Below the pieces are notes generated by a model. The model ran no database searches. It had not been told where the DNA came from and was given only the letters and a program-made list of their open reading frames with translations. Position numbers and translations under genes: made by a program. From assembly GCA_021796115.1 (NCBI GenBank), contig JAJYOP010000001.1, positions 119,755 to 183,754 of the forward strand: a stretch of DNA of 64,000 nt, given 5' to 3'. Positions 62,826 through 64,000 of the stretch are shown here, one piece after another (the first letter of the stretch is position 1; each line of letters opens with the position of its first letter). This stretch comes from a bacterium. Its GTDB lineage: Bacteria; Omnitrophota; Gorgyraeia; Duberdicusellales; 4484-171.

Positions 62826-62859
62826 TAAAACGATTTATAAATTTCTTGCTTTGTAAAAT

Positions 62860-63222
62860 ATGTTTTCCCTAACCCCTCGCGAACGGAAAGTTTTGATTTT
62901 TATCACCGCTATAATTTTTTGCGGAGCGGTTTTGAGGTTTTTAAAGATAGATTTCTCTCGCAAGAAAGCCGTCAAAGAGATGAATTCAGCCCTCTTGGCA
63001 GGCACGCAAAACCAAAGCGAGCCTCAGCCAACAATTATTAATGTTAATACTGCCTCGCAAAAAGAGTTGGAAAGGCTTCCCGGCGTAGGCCCGGAAATTG
63101 CCCGGCGCATTATCGAATACCGCCAAACTAAAGGCAGCTTTATTATGGTTGATGATTTAAAGAAAATTAGAGGTCTCGGCGATAAAAAAATAGAAAAGAT
63201 AAAAAATCTTATTACCCTCTAA
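62860..63222 (+). CDS. comEA: ComEA-family DNA-binding competence protein
   Basis: N-terminal TM; helix-hairpin-helix INVNTASQKELERLPGVGPEIARRIIEYR. Confidence 0.85.
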   Translation: MFSLTPRERKVLIFITAIIFCGAVLRFLKIDFSRKKAVKEMNSALLAGTQNQSEPQPTIINVNTASQKELERLPGVGPEIARRIIEYRQTKGSFIMVDDLKKIRGLGDKKIEKIKNLITL

Positions 63223-63255
63223 ATTCCAAACCAGAAAACGGGTTTTAAACAAAAA

Positions 63256-64000
63256 ATGTTTAAAAAAATATTCAACGCTGCATTATTGAATTTCTGGCTC
63301 TTTATTGCTTTTGCCTGCGGCATTATTTTTGCTTTTTATTTTGCTTCTTTACCAATCTTTATTTTTACATTTATAACTTCCGTTATCTTGGTTTTATTTT
63401 TTTATAAGCAGCAGCAATTTTTGCTTTCAGATATTTTTATTATCCTCTTGTTTTTTTCTTTAGGCGCACTCTCTTATTTGCCTTATTCCTATAATGATGC
63501 AGATGATTTTCTGGGCGGAGAGAATACCTATGTTTTAAAAGTTTCTTCGTTGCCGCAAAAGTATCTTTCCAAAAATGCTTTTCTTGCAGAGATTAATGAA
63601 ATAAACGGTATTCCCGTAATGCTTCGGGCAAGAGTAATTGACTACGATAAAAAGATGGATTATTTAGACAAATATAAAGTGACAGGAAAATTATCTGAAA
63701 GGCAGTTTAATAATTTTAAATTTTATACTCTTTGGGTAAAAACAAATGCTTATCAAGAAAAGCTTGCAATGAATATGTGGGATAAGGCCACTAAACAATT
63801 GAGCTACCGGTTGCTCGATATTTTTAAGAAAAATTTGAATCATGAAAGTTATCGATTCCTTGGTTCAGTTTTTTTGGGCCGGCGCGAATTGCTGGATAAA
63901 GAAGAAAAAGGAATTTTTACCGATGCCGGCATTGCCCATCTTCTTGCTATAAGCGGTTCCAATATCGGGCTTACCGCAGTAGTGCTTTTTTTCATGCTTA
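63256..64000 (+). CDS. comEC: ComEC/Rec2-family DNA internalisation channel (5' partial, runs off the window)
   Basis: Not in the ORF track because no stop falls in the window. Open frame from ATG 63256; polytopic N-terminus, OB-like region, GIAHLLAISGSNIG motif. Confidence 0.75.
   Translation, partial: MFKKIFNAALLNFWLFIAFACGIIFAFYFASLPIFIFTFITSVILVLFFYKQQQFLLSDIFIILLFFSLGALSYLPYSYNDADDFLGGENTYVLKVSSLPQKYLSKNAFLAEINEINGIPVMLRARVIDYDKKMDYLDKYKVTGKLSERQFNNFKFYTLWVKTNAYQEKLAMNMWDKATKQLSYRLLDIFKKNLNHESYRFLGSVFLGRRELLDKEEKGIFTDAGIAHLLAISGSNIGLTAVVLFFML

Overview
AT-rich bacterial chromosomal window. It has no rRNA, integrase, transposase or CRISPR. Most genes are on the + strand and are housekeeping: ilvN-ilvC-leuA, aroE, aroC, tilS-ftsH-folP-cdaA, pdxJ-acpS-nnrD, gpsA, hom-thrC-argS, recJ, rpmB, thyX, nfo, leuS, comEA-comEC. 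There are 7 tRNAs (Phe, Thr, Tyr, Gly, Pro, Leu, Ala). The main accessory block is a ~15 kb type IV pilus locus of MSHA-like composition at about 11.7-27 kb: three paralogous pilins, pilB, pilC, a PilX-like protein, two minor pilins, a PilM-PilN fusion, PilO-like and PilP/GspB-like proteins, a secretin, an ExeA-like ATPase, and a PAS histidine kinase ending in a PilZ domain plus a receiver. The prepilin peptidase sits apart at 4.7 kb. The most interesting content is non-coding. (1) Two near-identical promoter + GEMM-I-like (cyclic-dinucleotide) riboswitch + terminator cassettes precede a pilin gene and a small secreted TIGR04073-like gene. (2) A leader hairpin with compensatory stem changes lies directly before the Shine-Dalgarno of three small secreted-protein genes. 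(3) Arrays of the heptamer ATCTGTG recur with a fixed 7-N3-7-N6/7-7-N3-7 layout just upstream of unrelated genes. (4) Several families of intergenic palindromes and short repeats occur, one of them interrupting a tRNA-Phe 5' fragment. (5) A ~637 bp tandem duplication of a pilin cassette has left pilC-3' and pilX-5' remnants. (6) A LAGLIDADG endonuclease gene starts 14 nt after an intact tRNA-Leu. All family assignments come from motifs read by eye. No searches were run.
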